A model generated the notes under the pieces. It did not search any database, was not told the DNA's origin, and worked only from the letters and a program-made list of their open reading frames with translations. A stretch of 63,669 nucleotides of DNA from Phycisphaerae bacterium (GTDB lineage: Bacteria > Planctomycetota > Phycisphaerae > SM23-33): contig JBKHCL010000005.1 of NCBI GenBank assembly GCA_046541875.1, positions 1 to 63,669 on the forward strand, written 5' to 3'. Below, piece by piece: positions 50,351-59,881 of the stretch; within the stretch, counting starts at the first letter, position 1, and each line of letters starts with the position of its first letter. The position numbers were made by a program, and so were the translations under genes.

Positions 50351-51575
50351 GATCCACGCGCACATCCCCCGCGGCGAGCGGTTCGCCCTGTCGGTCAACG
50401 CCGAGATCGCTCAGCCCCTGGCGGGCATCTTCGGGCCATCGGGTGCGGGCAAGAGCACGCTGCTGGAAGCGATCGCCGGGCTCACCGCGCCGGCCGACGG
50501 CAGAATCGTGCTGAACGGACAGGTGCTGTTCGACGCGAACCGGCGCATCTGCCTGCCTCCCCATAAGCGCCGCCTTGGCGTGGTCTTCCAGGACGCCCGG
50601 CTGCTGCCGCACCTCAGCGCCCGCGACAACCTCGATTTCGGCCGACGCCTGCTGCCCAGGCGTGAGCGACGCTTCGACGTCGAGACCGTCGCCGACTGGC
50701 TGGACATCGGCCATCTTCTCAACCGACGCCCAGCCACACTCTCCGGCGGCGAGGCCCAGCGGGTCGCGCTGGGACGGGCGATTCTCACCAATCCGCGACT
50801 CCTGCTGCTGGACGAGCCCTTCACCGGGCAGGACGTCGCCCGTCGCCGTCGCATCCTGGGGCAACTGCGGGCCGTCCACGAACGAACCGGCATCCCCATG
50901 CTGCTGGTGAGTCACGACCTTCCGGACGTGCTCTGCCTGACCGATTGGCTGGTGCTGCTTAACGAAGGTCGACTCGTCGTCCAGGGGCGATACCTGGACC
51001 TGGTGTGCTCGTCGCGTCACGCGGGACTGTTGGCCGAGAGCGGGTTGGTCAACGTGCTTCCGCTGCGGGTGGTCCGCCACTGCCGCGGTGCCGGACAGAC
51101 GCTGCTGAGCTGGACCAAGGCCGCCCCGTTGCCCGATCGATCGGACGCCCGCCGGCGCCGGCGGTGGGTTCGCGGGCCGATGGACACGACACTCGCCCCG
51201 GGCGCTCGCGTGCAGGCCGCCCTCCGCAGCCGAGACATTGCCCTTGCGATGGCCCCGGCGGAATTCATCTCGATGCAGAACCAGTTTCCCGGTGTGATTG
51301 AGTCGGTCGGGCGCGTCGGATCGCGAACCGTCTGCGTGGTTGACGTGGGGGTGCGTCTGCTGGTAGAGATCACCCCACAGACCCGCATGGAGCTGGGGCT
51401 CGCGCCGGGGCGTCGGATCTGGTGTCTGTTCAAGACGCGGGCGCTGGAGCTGGGCAGCCCGTCGGCCGAGCCGGACCGCTGCACCGATGACGATCCGCCC
51501 GGCCAGGTCACCTCCGGCGATTCGTGGCAGCCCGGCGGCTGCACCTTTCCGCCAAGCCGATGGAGCCGATCGTGA
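50343..51575 (+). CDS. modC: Molybdate ABC ATPase with TOBE domains
   Basis: FGPSGAGKS, VFQDARL, LSGGE, LLDEP, ISMQN, LGLAPG..FK. Confidence 0.92.
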   Translation: MLEIHAHIPRGERFALSVNAEIAQPLAGIFGPSGAGKSTLLEAIAGLTAPADGRIVLNGQVLFDANRRICLPPHKRRLGVVFQDARLLPHLSARDNLDFGRRLLPRRERRFDVETVADWLDIGHLLNRRPATLSGGEAQRVALGRAILTNPRLLLLDEPFTGQDVARRRRILGQLRAVHERTGIPMLLVSHDLPDVLCLTDWLVLLNEGRLVVQGRYLDLVCSSRHAGLLAESGLVNVLPLRVVRHCRGAGQTLLSWTKAAPLPDRSDARRRRRWVRGPMDTTLAPGARVQAALRSRDIALAMAPAEFISMQNQFPGVIESVGRVGSRTVCVVDVGVRLLVEITPQTRMELGLAPGRRIWCLFKTRALELGSPSAEPDRCTDDDPPGQVTSGDSWQPGGCTFPPSRWSRS

Positions 51576-52276
51576 ACATTCTCTGCCTCACGCACGTGCC
51601 GTTCGAGGGCCCGGCCAATATCGCCGCCTGGGCCCGCGCCCGGGGACACGCGCTGCAGACGGTCCCCCTGTACGACAGCGCCGCCTCGCCCAACATCGAC
51701 GAGGCCGATTGGCTGGTCATCATGGGCGGGCCGATGAACGTCTACGAACACGACCGGCACCCTTGGCTGGCGGCGGAGAAGGACTGCCTGCGACGGGCGA
51801 TCGACGCGGGCAAGACGCTCGTGGGGGTCTGCCTGGGCGCCCAGTTGCTGGCCGACATCCTCGGCGGGCCGGTCACGCCCAACGCCCACAGCGAGATCGG
51901 CTGGTTCCCCGTCACGCGAACCGCCGGCGACGAAGAAACCGCCGTCTTCGAGAACCTGCCCGAGACCTTCGAGGCGTTCCACTGGCACGGGGATCGATTC
52001 GCCATTCCGCCCGGGGCGATCCATCTGGCAAGCAGCGAAGCATGCGACAACCAGGCGTTCCTCTGGGAAGATCGCGTCCTGGGGCTGCAGTGTCACCTGG
52101 ACTACACCGCCGAGAGCATCGTCGACATGCTCACCCACTGCGGCGACGGACTCACACCGGGGACGTTCGTGCAGACCCCCGCACAGATCGCACCGAGGCC
52201 CGAGCAGGTCTCCGCCACCCGCGGTCGGCTGTTCACCGTGCTGGACAATCTCGCCGCGATGAGATACCGGGCCTAG
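51572..52276 (+). CDS. Class I glutamine amidotransferase-like protein
   Basis: HVPFEGP, IMGGPM, GVCLGAQ, EIGW, WHGD, LQCHLD; GTGA overlap with the modC stop. Confidence 0.88.
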   Translation: MNILCLTHVPFEGPANIAAWARARGHALQTVPLYDSAASPNIDEADWLVIMGGPMNVYEHDRHPWLAAEKDCLRRAIDAGKTLVGVCLGAQLLADILGGPVTPNAHSEIGWFPVTRTAGDEETAVFENLPETFEAFHWHGDRFAIPPGAIHLASSEACDNQAFLWEDRVLGLQCHLDYTAESIVDMLTHCGDGLTPGTFVQTPAQIAPRPEQVSATRGRLFTVLDNLAAMRYRA

Positions 52277-52328
52277 TGTTCGGCCGGGCAGGTAAGACGG
52301 CCGACCTGCGCGTGGCCAGCCGTCGGCG

Positions 52329-53219
52329 TCAGTCCCGCTGCAGGCCTTCCTTCACCCGCCGGGCGACGGTGCGGAGATTCTCGATGTAGTTCCGGGCGAG
52401 CGGATCGATCTGCACGACCGCCCCGCCGATGGCCTCGGCGATGGTGCGGGCACTGCGGTCGGAAAACTGGGGATGCACGAAAATCACGCGGACCTTCTCG
52501 CTCTTGGCCCGTTCGATGAGTTCGGCCAGGCGCCGCGGGCCGGGCGATTTGCCCTGCTGCTCGATGGCCACCTGCTTGAGGCCGTACGCGTCGGCAAAGT
52601 AGGCAAAGGCCGGGTGAAACACCAGCAGCGTTCGCCCTTCCAGCCCTTCCAGCGATGCGGCAATCTCGCGGTCCAACTGCTCCAGCTCGCCGGTGAGCGT
52701 CCGGAGGTTCTCCTCGAACGTCGCTGCCCTGTCGGGGATGAGACGCTTGAGCTCCTCGGCGATCGTGCGGGCCTGGACGATCGCATTCCGCGGAGACATC
52801 CACACGTGCGGGTCGGCGTCCTGTTGGTGATCGTGGTCGTCGTGGTCATGGTGCCCGCCCTCCATGGCCAGGAGATCCAGCCCCTTGCGGGTATCGACGA
52901 TGGTCAGCTCCGCCTTCACCGAACGGAGCTTGGGCAAGAGCTGCTTCTCGAACGGCACACCGGTTCGGAAGTAGACATCAGCCTGGCCGAACTGCACCAT
53001 TTCGCGCTGGGTGGGCTCGTAGTGATGCGGTTCGTCGTTGGGTCCGACCAGCACGTGGAGGTCGACGGCATCGCCGGCAATCCGTTCGACGAGAAACGCC
53101 TGGGGCGGAACACTGACGAACACGGCCGGCCTGTCGTCCGACTCGTCGCGGGGGGCGTCGCAGCCGACGGCGAACACACACAAGGCCGAGATCAGCACAA
53201 CGGGCAGGAACAATCGCAT
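52329..53219 (-). CDS. Zn/Mn ABC substrate-binding lipoprotein (ZnuA/AdcA-like)
   Basis: AVGC lipobox, EPHHYEP, His-rich loop HHDHDDHDH, DPHVWMSP, HPAFAYF; CAGGAG RBS. Confidence 0.9.
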   Translation of the reverse strand: MRLFLPVVLISALCVFAVGCDAPRDESDDRPAVFVSVPPQAFLVERIAGDAVDLHVLVGPNDEPHHYEPTQREMVQFGQADVYFRTGVPFEKQLLPKLRSVKAELTIVDTRKGLDLLAMEGGHHDHDDHDHQQDADPHVWMSPRNAIVQARTIAEELKRLIPDRAATFEENLRTLTGELEQLDREIAASLEGLEGRTLLVFHPAFAYFADAYGLKQVAIEQQGKSPGPRRLAELIERAKSEKVRVIFVHPQFSDRSARTIAEAIGGAVVQIDPLARNYIENLRTVARRVKEGLQRD

Positions 53220-53374
53220 CGGGCACTCCTGGCGGGCGAAGAGTATCGGGTTTCCGGGCCGATCGATCAACGGGTCGGTCGGCTGGGATATTATAGCCCG
53301 CCGGGCGAGGCGCAGCGAGAACCCCGTCGGCGCAGGGGCGCCGACGGGGTGATTGGGTTGGTTGCAGCCGAGGT

Positions 53375-53740
53375 CTATTGGGCGTAGGTGGTCGGCTCTG
53401 CCGCCAGTTGCTGGAGGGCGGGCACAAGCCTGGCCAACTCGGCCTGGAGGGCGTCGAAATACTGGGGCGCCTGGCTGAGATCGCCGGATCGGCCGGCTGT
53501 CTCGATACTCAAAGCGGCCTCGAAGGCGCCCCGGGCGTTGAAATTGCCCACCGACCCCTTGAGGGAATGAGCGGCACGGGTGACGGCTTCGCTGTCGCCC
53601 TGCTCGATCGCTTCGGAGATCTGATCGCACAGGGAGCCATGCTCCTCGACGAACATATCTGCCAGCTCTGCCAGGAGTTCGACATCCCCTTCCACCCGCT
53701 GGAGGGCAGCAGCCAGATCGAATGGTTGATTCTCAGACAT
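53375..53740 (-). CDS. Stand-alone Hpt phosphotransfer protein
   Basis: GDVELL.EL, AHSLKGS; GGAGAGG RBS. Confidence 0.9.
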   Translation of the reverse strand: MSENQPFDLAAALQRVEGDVELLAELADMFVEEHGSLCDQISEAIEQGDSEAVTRAAHSLKGSVGNFNARGAFEAALSIETAGRSGDLSQAPQYFDALQAELARLVPALQQLAAEPTTYAQ

Positions 53741-53900
53741 AGTCTTCCTCTCCGGCGGCGGAGGCCACCGACGACGGCCAATGTACGCATTCCGGGCATA
53801 GTCTGAAATATGCATCGGCGGGATCGGCGGGGGGCATTAGCAGGAAATCGCAAACCGCCCGGTGCATTCAGACGCATGGGCAGGCGAGGCGACAGCGCGT

Positions 53901-53931
53901 GAAAACGGCCCGCCGCGGGGCAGGCCGTTTC
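53901..53931 (-). terminator. Terminator downstream of tRNA-Asp
   Basis: AAACGGCC/GGCCGTTT stem ending in TTTTC on the minus strand. Confidence 0.6.
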
Positions 53932-53938
53932 TGGGTAC

Positions 53939-54012
<74 letters not shown>

Positions 54013-54048
54013 AAGGTTCGCCGGGGACTTCTCTCCGGCGAGCAGAAT

Positions 54049-54076
54049 ACTATAGCTGCTATCGGCGAAATGTCAA
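54049..54076 (-). promoter_or_regulatory. sigma70 promoter of tRNA-Asp
   Basis: TTGACA-N16-TATAGT. Confidence 0.75.
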
Positions 54077-54096
54077 CCGTGTTTCGTGCTTCCGGG

Positions 54097-54139
54097 AAAA
54101 AAGCTGCCCCGCCGCGCGTAAACCCGGTCGGGGCGGAGC
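54097..54139 (-). terminator. Terminator after the small hypothetical gene
   Basis: GCCCCG/CGGGGC stem followed by GCTTTTTT on the minus strand. Confidence 0.45.
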
Positions 54140-54188
54140 ACTCGCCGACGGCCCGCTCGCTCTTAAGCCATGTAACTCACTGTTTCTG

Positions 54189-54539
54189 CTAGTGTAAGTC
54201 AAACAGCGTGGGATGATCGAGCAATTCGTCGCTCTGCTGGTCGGTCCCCTTGGCCGGTTCGAGATCTGCCGATTCGAGGACCACCGTGGCGACCGATTTC
54301 TGCTTGAGCGGCGCGTCGACGGCGACGAACTGCCCCTCGTCGCTCTGCCGGTGGACGTAGGGCGAATACTGCCGCTTCCGCGCGGGCCCGGCGTTCTCCT
54401 CGCAAATCGCCCGGCGGAGTTTGTTCATGTAGGCCGACAGGTCGTCCGAGTCGAACTCGGCGAGGAACCCCGGATCGGCCGAGGTGTTCATCGTGATGAT
54501 CTCGTCAATCATTTGCCGCTTGGTCATGATACCGTCCAT
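54189..54539 (-). CDS. Small hypothetical protein
   Basis: MTKRQMIDEI..N.SA.P.FLAEF..DDL.AY compact helical N-terminal domain plus low-complexity tail; start 54539 or 54527. Confidence 0.65.
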   Translation of the reverse strand: MDGIMTKRQMIDEIITMNTSADPGFLAEFDSDDLSAYMNKLRRAICEENAGPARKRQYSPYVHRQSDEGQFVAVDAPLKQKSVATVVLESADLEPAKGTDQQSDELLDHPTLFDLH

Positions 54540-54586
54540 GGATGAAATGGAATCCGGCCCGTCCCTGGGCACATCGTCTGCAAGAA

Positions 54587-54615
54587 GTATCGGCCGGTGC
54601 GGCGAGCAAACTTTA
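54587..54615 (-). promoter_or_regulatory. FliA/sigma28-like promoter candidate
   Basis: TAAAGTTT-N13-GCCGATAC: consensus sigma28 boxes with a 13-nt spacer. Confidence 0.6.
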
Positions 54616-54755
54616 GACGCGTCGTCCCGGGACGGTCAGGCCCGCCTCCGGGCCGATCGGGCGCGAATGAACTTCCGCGCCACAAGGCGGAACGAGGCTT
54701 GGTTCGCCCCCACCGCCGCCGGTATACTGACCTGCAGAGCGACCAGAGGAGACCC

Positions 54756-55622
54756 ATGGAATTCGACACCCAGCAGATCGAGTACGAGACCTTCTCGCCC
54801 GTTCAGCGAGCGGTCAAGGCGGCCATCGTCAATCCGTTCGCCAACTACGCGCCGGCCGGGTTCATCAAAGCCCTGCTGCGCTGGGGCGACAGCGAACTGG
54901 CCAAGGCCAGCTGGTCCGACCCGGGCGGCTGGCGGTCGATGGTGATCAGCTACAAGGGCGACCCGGAGAAACTCGCCGATCGCGTCCTGGTCGGTGCGGG
55001 AACCATCCCCACCGCCCTGCGAAACCGCAAACGTCTGGCGGCCCATCTGCTGGCAAAGCTCATCGACGTCCAGGACCGCGACCCGGTACACGTGCTGGGG
55101 CTCGGGGCCGGACCGGGCATGGTGATTACCCAGGCGATGACGATGGCCGAGAAACCCTCGCGGGCGACGATGGTGGATATCAGCTCCGACGCCTTCGAGT
55201 TCGGCAGACAGCACGCAGCCGAGCTGGGCCTGGAAGACCGCGTGCGGTTCATCGAATGTGACGTCCGCGACGTGGAGCAGTTCCTCGACTCGCCCCCGGA
55301 CATCGTCCAAATGCTCGGGATCTGCGAGTATCTCGACGACGAGCACATCGTCTCGATTGCCTCTGCTGCCGCCGACATCATGCCCGCCGGTCAGCCGATC
55401 GTGTTCAACAGCATCTCCCGCGCCCACGGGACCGACCGCTTCTTCCGACGGGTGTTCGGGCTGCACATGAACCATCGCAACCCCGAGAAGTTGCAGACGT
55501 TGATGCGCCGGGCGGGCTTTGACGATTTCGAGACCTTCGCCGAGCCGCTCGGGGTGTATCACGTCTGCGTGGGTCGGCGCACGGATCAGCCCGTTTCCCC
55601 CGCCGACAGCGGGCAGGAGTGA
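54756..55622 (+). CDS. Class I SAM-dependent methyltransferase-like protein
   Basis: VLGLGAGPG, VDIS, GICEY, VFN; GAGGAG RBS. Confidence 0.8.
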   Translation: MEFDTQQIEYETFSPVQRAVKAAIVNPFANYAPAGFIKALLRWGDSELAKASWSDPGGWRSMVISYKGDPEKLADRVLVGAGTIPTALRNRKRLAAHLLAKLIDVQDRDPVHVLGLGAGPGMVITQAMTMAEKPSRATMVDISSDAFEFGRQHAAELGLEDRVRFIECDVRDVEQFLDSPPDIVQMLGICEYLDDEHIVSIASAAADIMPAGQPIVFNSISRAHGTDRFFRRVFGLHMNHRNPEKLQTLMRRAGFDDFETFAEPLGVYHVCVGRRTDQPVSPADSGQE

Positions 55623-56971
55623 CCCACGCGATGGCTGAGATCACCCTCCCCTGGGGAGAGGAACAACTCACCGTGGACCTCCCCGAGCAGTGGGACGTCC
55701 GCCAGATCGCCGAGCCGGATCTCAGACCGGCCAGCGGCGATTGGCCGGTGCGCCTGGCCAGGGCGATCAGCCAACCCGACACGGGCCTGCCGTTGACCAA
55801 GCTCCTCCAGGCCCGGCGCAACGGGCGGGTGTGCATCCTCGTGGAGGACATCACCCGTCACAGCCCCCTGCCGGAAATCCTCGAACCGGTCCTGCGGGAA
55901 ATCAGCCATGCGGGGTTCCCACCCGAGCGGGTGGAGATTTTCTTCTGCACCGCGATGCGCCCGGCCATGACGGCAGAGCAGGCCGGCGAGAAACTCGGGG
56001 CGATCGCCGGGAATTGGCCTTGGCGGTCCAATCCGTGGCAGGACCCGTCGCGCTACGTGCGAATCGGCACGGTCGGCGGCGCGCCGGTGGCGATCGATCG
56101 CGACGTCGCCGCCGCCGATTTGCGCATCGTGGTCTCGTCGGTGAGTCCGCACCTCCAGGCCGGCTTCGGCGGCGGATTCAAGATGATGTTCCCGGGCTGC
56201 GCGTCGCTGGAGACCATTCGCACGCTGCACCGCCAGGGGCTGGGTCGGTCGGCCCGTCAGTTGGTGGGTCTGGGCGCATCGCGCAACCCGATGCGGGCGT
56301 TCATCGACGCCGCCGGCGGGCTGGTGGATCGCTTCGCCGGAAAGACCTTCGCCGTGCAGTACATTCTGGACACCGAGAACCTTCCGACGTTTCTCGCCGC
56401 GGGCAATCCCGCCGACACCCAGGAGATGCTCACCAAGCAGTGCGCCGTCTCCTGCGGGGTGGTCGTGCCCGAGCAGGCCGACATCGTCATCGCCGACGCA
56501 AGCCCGCGAGACTACGACCTGTGGCAGTCGTTCAAGAGCATCGCCCACGCCCAATGGGCCGCCCGACCCGGCGGGGTCATCCTCTGCGCGACACGCTGCG
56601 AGGCGGGCATGGACGATATGTCGCCGCCGAATTGGCCCCTGAGCCCGGCCTGGACGCGACGCGTGGTGCGCTGGCTGGGGGCCGAGTCGGTCAGCTCACT
56701 GGTGACGCGCCTCGTACCGTCCCTCGCCGGCGACGCCGCCTTATTCGTTCGGATGGGTCTCCAGGCGATCCACCGCAACCCGGTACTGTTCGTCTCGCCC
56801 CCGCTGGCCGAGCAGGGTCCGTTCCCCGCCGTCGAGATCCACGGGGAGTTCGCATCGGCCATCCGGTCCACGCGGCGGATTCTCGGCAAGGGCACCCAGC
56901 GCGTGGTGGTGTTCCCCCAAGGCGGGGTGACCTATCCCATTCCCCGCTCGTCGACCAGTCTCGCCCTTTAG
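55619..56971 (+). CDS. Lactate racemase (LarA)-family protein
   Basis: DITR, PHLQAGFGGGFK..PG, DL.QS.K, GGVIL..C..G; GTGA overlap with the methyltransferase (alternative ATG at 55631). Confidence 0.8.
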   Translation: MTHAMAEITLPWGEEQLTVDLPEQWDVRQIAEPDLRPASGDWPVRLARAISQPDTGLPLTKLLQARRNGRVCILVEDITRHSPLPEILEPVLREISHAGFPPERVEIFFCTAMRPAMTAEQAGEKLGAIAGNWPWRSNPWQDPSRYVRIGTVGGAPVAIDRDVAAADLRIVVSSVSPHLQAGFGGGFKMMFPGCASLETIRTLHRQGLGRSARQLVGLGASRNPMRAFIDAAGGLVDRFAGKTFAVQYILDTENLPTFLAAGNPADTQEMLTKQCAVSCGVVVPEQADIVIADASPRDYDLWQSFKSIAHAQWAARPGGVILCATRCEAGMDDMSPPNWPLSPAWTRRVVRWLGAESVSSLVTRLVPSLAGDAALFVRMGLQAIHRNPVLFVSPPLAEQGPFPAVEIHGEFASAIRSTRRILGKGTQRVVVFPQGGVTYPIPRSSTSLAL

Positions 56972-56985
56972 CGGGGCCGATGCGC

Positions 56986-57579
56986 TCAGCTGTGCGGATG
57001 GCTGCCCATCAGCAGGTTGATCGCCTCGGTCCGGGTAGCGAGGTTGCTTTTGAACAGGCCCCGCATCGCGGAGGTCACCATGCGCGAGCCGGGCTTCTTC
57101 ACGCCGCGGATCGTCATACAGGTGTGCTCCGCTTCGAGAATCACCGCGACCCCCTTGGCGTCGAGCTTTTCCATGAGCACGTCGGCGATCTCACACGTCA
57201 GGCGTTCCTGCACCTGGGGCCGACGGGCGAACCCCTCGACCACCCTCGCCAGCTTGCTGAGACCAAGTACCTTGCCTCGCGGTAGATACGCCAGATGGGC
57301 CTTGCCGATGAACGGCAGAAGATGGTGCTCGCACATCGAGAAGAACGACACGTCGCGCAAAACGACCATCTCGTCGTATTCCTCGTCGAAGAACACTTCC
57401 AGGTGACGGGCCGGCTCGTCCCACAGACCCGCGAACAGCTCGCGGTACATCCGGGCGACGCGCGAGGGCGTCTCCCGCAGCCCCTGGCGGTCGGGGTCTT
57501 CCCCGCAGGCGGCAAGAATGTCACGGACCGCCTTCTCGATGGCGGCAGTATCGATTTCGTGTTTGGCTTTGTCAGTCAT
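56986..57579 (-). CDS. folE: GTP cyclohydrolase I
   Basis: [39 protein letters not shown]. Confidence 0.97.
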   Translation of the reverse strand: MTDKAKHEIDTAAIEKAVRDILAACGEDPDRQGLRETPSRVARMYRELFAGLWDEPARHLEVFFDEEYDEMVVLRDVSFFSMCEHHLLPFIGKAHLAYLPRGKVLGLSKLARVVEGFARRPQVQERLTCEIADVLMEKLDAKGVAVILEAEHTCMTIRGVKKPGSRMVTSAMRGLFKSNLATRTEAINLLMGSHPHS

Positions 57580-57610
57580 GTCCTCTTCCCGATGGCAAAC
57601 GGATTTCCTC

Positions 57611-57638
57611 ATCGTAGCCGATCGAGCGGACTTGTCAA
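57611..57638 (-). promoter_or_regulatory. Internal sigma70-type promoter for folE
   Basis: TTGACA-N16-TACGAT overlapping the queG stop codon. Confidence 0.5.
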
Positions 57639-58669
57639 ACGGCATCGTCCACACCCAGCCGTCGAAGCGCCCATTCGACCTGCCGTCGAAGGCCCACTTC
57701 GCGTCGCCCGACAGCTCGGACCGCATCACCCAGCGACGCTTGGCCGCTGTTTCCTGCCGCAATGACCGCGTTGCGCAGCACCCGCTCGTACCCTGCGCGG
57801 CGAACCGGCGTCCCGGCGGTGATGCGCTCGAAGTCTTCCCGGCTCCAGGAGAGCACCTGCCGGATGGTCAGTGCGCCCAGCCCCCTCCGGGCACCCACCA
57901 GGGTGTCGTCGCCGATGGGCGGATCGGCATTTCGGCTGCAGGCTTCCTGGCAAGCATCGCAGCCGAAAATCCACAGCCCCATCGCCTCCCACTGCTCCTC
58001 GGGCACCTCCTCGGCGTCCTTGTTCAAGTAGCTGATGCACAGCGCAGCCTCGACCGTTCCGTCCGGTTGAAGCGCCCCGCTGGGACAGGCTCGAAGACAG
58101 GCGCCGCACCGGTCGCAGAGCGTCTCGATGGGCTCGTCGGGCTCCAGTGAAAGGTTCGTGACCACCTCGGCAAGCAGGACCCAACTGCCCAGCCCCGGCA
58201 CGTGAAGGCAGCCGTTGCTGCCGATCCAGCCCAACCCGGCCAACACCCCGAACGTCCGCTCCATGATGGGGGCGGAGTCCACCAGCGCCCGCCCCTGGAA
58301 CGACGGAAACTCCTCACCAAGCCGGTCCATCAGCGCGTGGCAGCGTTTTTTGAGGACCTTGTGATAGTCCCTGCCGTGGGCGTAGCGGGCGACGCGGGCC
58401 AAGGAGGAATGCTCGGGACGTTCATGGGCGTAGCTGGTGGCCAGGCAGATGACGTTGCGGGCCCCCTCCAGCAGCCGGGACGGGTCGGTACGCACCTCCA
58501 GGTGGCGCGGGAGGTAGTCCATATCGGCATGTCGGCCGGCACGGATCCAACTGCGCAGCCCCTCCACAACGTCGGCGGGGAGGGAGTCAATCGCGGCGAT
58601 GCCAACGCGGGCGAAGCCCACCTCCCGCGCGAGCTGCTTGACCAGAGCGGTTGCCTCGGCGGGGTCCAT
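57635..58669 (-). CDS. queG: Epoxyqueuosine reductase
   Basis: [50 protein letters not shown]. Confidence 0.92.
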   Translation of the reverse strand: MDPAEATALVKQLAREVGFARVGIAAIDSLPADVVEGLRSWIRAGRHADMDYLPRHLEVRTDPSRLLEGARNVICLATSYAHERPEHSSLARVARYAHGRDYHKVLKKRCHALMDRLGEEFPSFQGRALVDSAPIMERTFGVLAGLGWIGSNGCLHVPGLGSWVLLAEVVTNLSLEPDEPIETLCDRCGACLRACPSGALQPDGTVEAALCISYLNKDAEEVPEEQWEAMGLWIFGCDACQEACSRNADPPIGDDTLVGARRGLGALTIRQVLSWSREDFERITAGTPVRRAGYERVLRNAVIAAGNSGQASLGDAVRAVGRREVGLRRQVEWALRRLGVDDAV

Positions 58670-58681
58670 GACAGGGCGAGG

Positions 58682-59875
58682 TTACTTGATCAGCCGAGGG
58701 GCGCCCAGGTTGACGTGGTCGGAGACGCCAAGCTTGTCCTGGCCGAAGTCCACGCGCAGGGTGAGCTTCTTGACGCCGTCGATTTTCACGCGGACGGTGG
58801 TGGGTTTGTCGCGTCCGGTGATGCGATACTCGGCGAGCTTCTTCCCGTCGCCCAGCACGATCAATTGCGCGTCGCCGTGCGGACGGACCTCGTCGTCGAT
58901 TCCCGCGATGGCGACGAACGTCTTGTACGAGCCATCGATTTCGTAAGTCAGTTCGCAGAAGCTGTGCAACCCCAGCCCGCGACGGTAGGTCGTCTTGTTC
59001 ATCCGCAGCGGCCGACCGCCGACCGAAAGGTTCTTCTTGTAGGGGAAGGACGTTCCGAAAAAGCCGTGTTCGGTCACCTTGGCGGGTTTGAGCTGGGTGA
59101 GGTCCTTGACGCTGTCGGAGATAAACTCCAGCTTGGCCACCAGCTTGCGATCGATTGTGCGGGCGGTGGTGTTCACGGGAGTGAGCTTCACGGAGTTGGC
59201 GTCCATGCGGATATCGGTAAACGCCACGCGCGTGCCGCCCTTGCCCACCAGAATGCCCGCCGGGCTGGGGGACTTCCGGGTCATCTTCGCGATCCGGATC
59301 AGCGTCACCTTGCCCAGGCCGATCTGCCGGTCGGCGTCGTTGAAGCGGAACGTGATCTTCCCGTCCTTGATGGACTTGAGCACGCCGGTCACACTCAGCC
59401 ATTTCTTCTCGGACTGCTCCACGAGCATGCGGTCCAGCGAGGCAGCCGACAGGCCCATCTGCTCGGCCCGCTTTTGAGTGTGCTTGGCGGAGCGACGCGT
59501 ATCGCCGGTGTAGATCTCCGAGACCGCGGCGATATCGAGCGTGACTTTCCCCAGCAGCTCGGTGGTCAGTGTGAGCTTGCCCTTGTCCATCGTCAGCGAT
59601 CGGGCATCGAACATCCCCCCGTCCCGCGTGACCACCACCGTGCGGCCCGGGCGCTCCAGGAGGTCCTTGCCCTCCTGGAGCACCACCTCGCCGAGATTCT
59701 TCCGCGAAACGGTGACGGCCTTCTCGGCAGTCCGCACGGTGACGTTCTCGGCGTCGATGGCGGACACCAGACCCTCGATGGTCCGGGAGTCGACGGTTTC
59801 GACGCTGCCGCCGCCCAGGGCGACAGCGCCGAGTACCGTAACGGTGATTGCGATGATCGCTGCTCGTTTCGTCAT
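58682..59875 (-). CDS. Exported NPCBM/NEW2-domain protein
   Basis: Signal peptide; C-terminal Y.RGLGLHS...F.A.AGIDD..GD...GDGK..L.LRVDFG..DHV. Confidence 0.8.
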   Translation of the reverse strand: MTKRAAIIAITVTVLGAVALGGGSVETVDSRTIEGLVSAIDAENVTVRTAEKAVTVSRKNLGEVVLQEGKDLLERPGRTVVVTRDGGMFDARSLTMDKGKLTLTTELLGKVTLDIAAVSEIYTGDTRRSAKHTQKRAEQMGLSAASLDRMLVEQSEKKWLSVTGVLKSIKDGKITFRFNDADRQIGLGKVTLIRIAKMTRKSPSPAGILVGKGGTRVAFTDIRMDANSVKLTPVNTTARTIDRKLVAKLEFISDSVKDLTQLKPAKVTEHGFFGTSFPYKKNLSVGGRPLRMNKTTYRRGLGLHSFCELTYEIDGSYKTFVAIAGIDDEVRPHGDAQLIVLGDGKKLAEYRITGRDKPTTVRVKIDGVKKLTLRVDFGQDKLGVSDHVNLGAPRLIK

Positions 59876-59881
59876 ATCAGG

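Noticed and set aside
57580-57640. preQ1 riboswitch upstream of folE
   Set aside because: No preQ1 stem-loop with A-rich tail; the spacer reads as a sigma70-like promoter plus RBS
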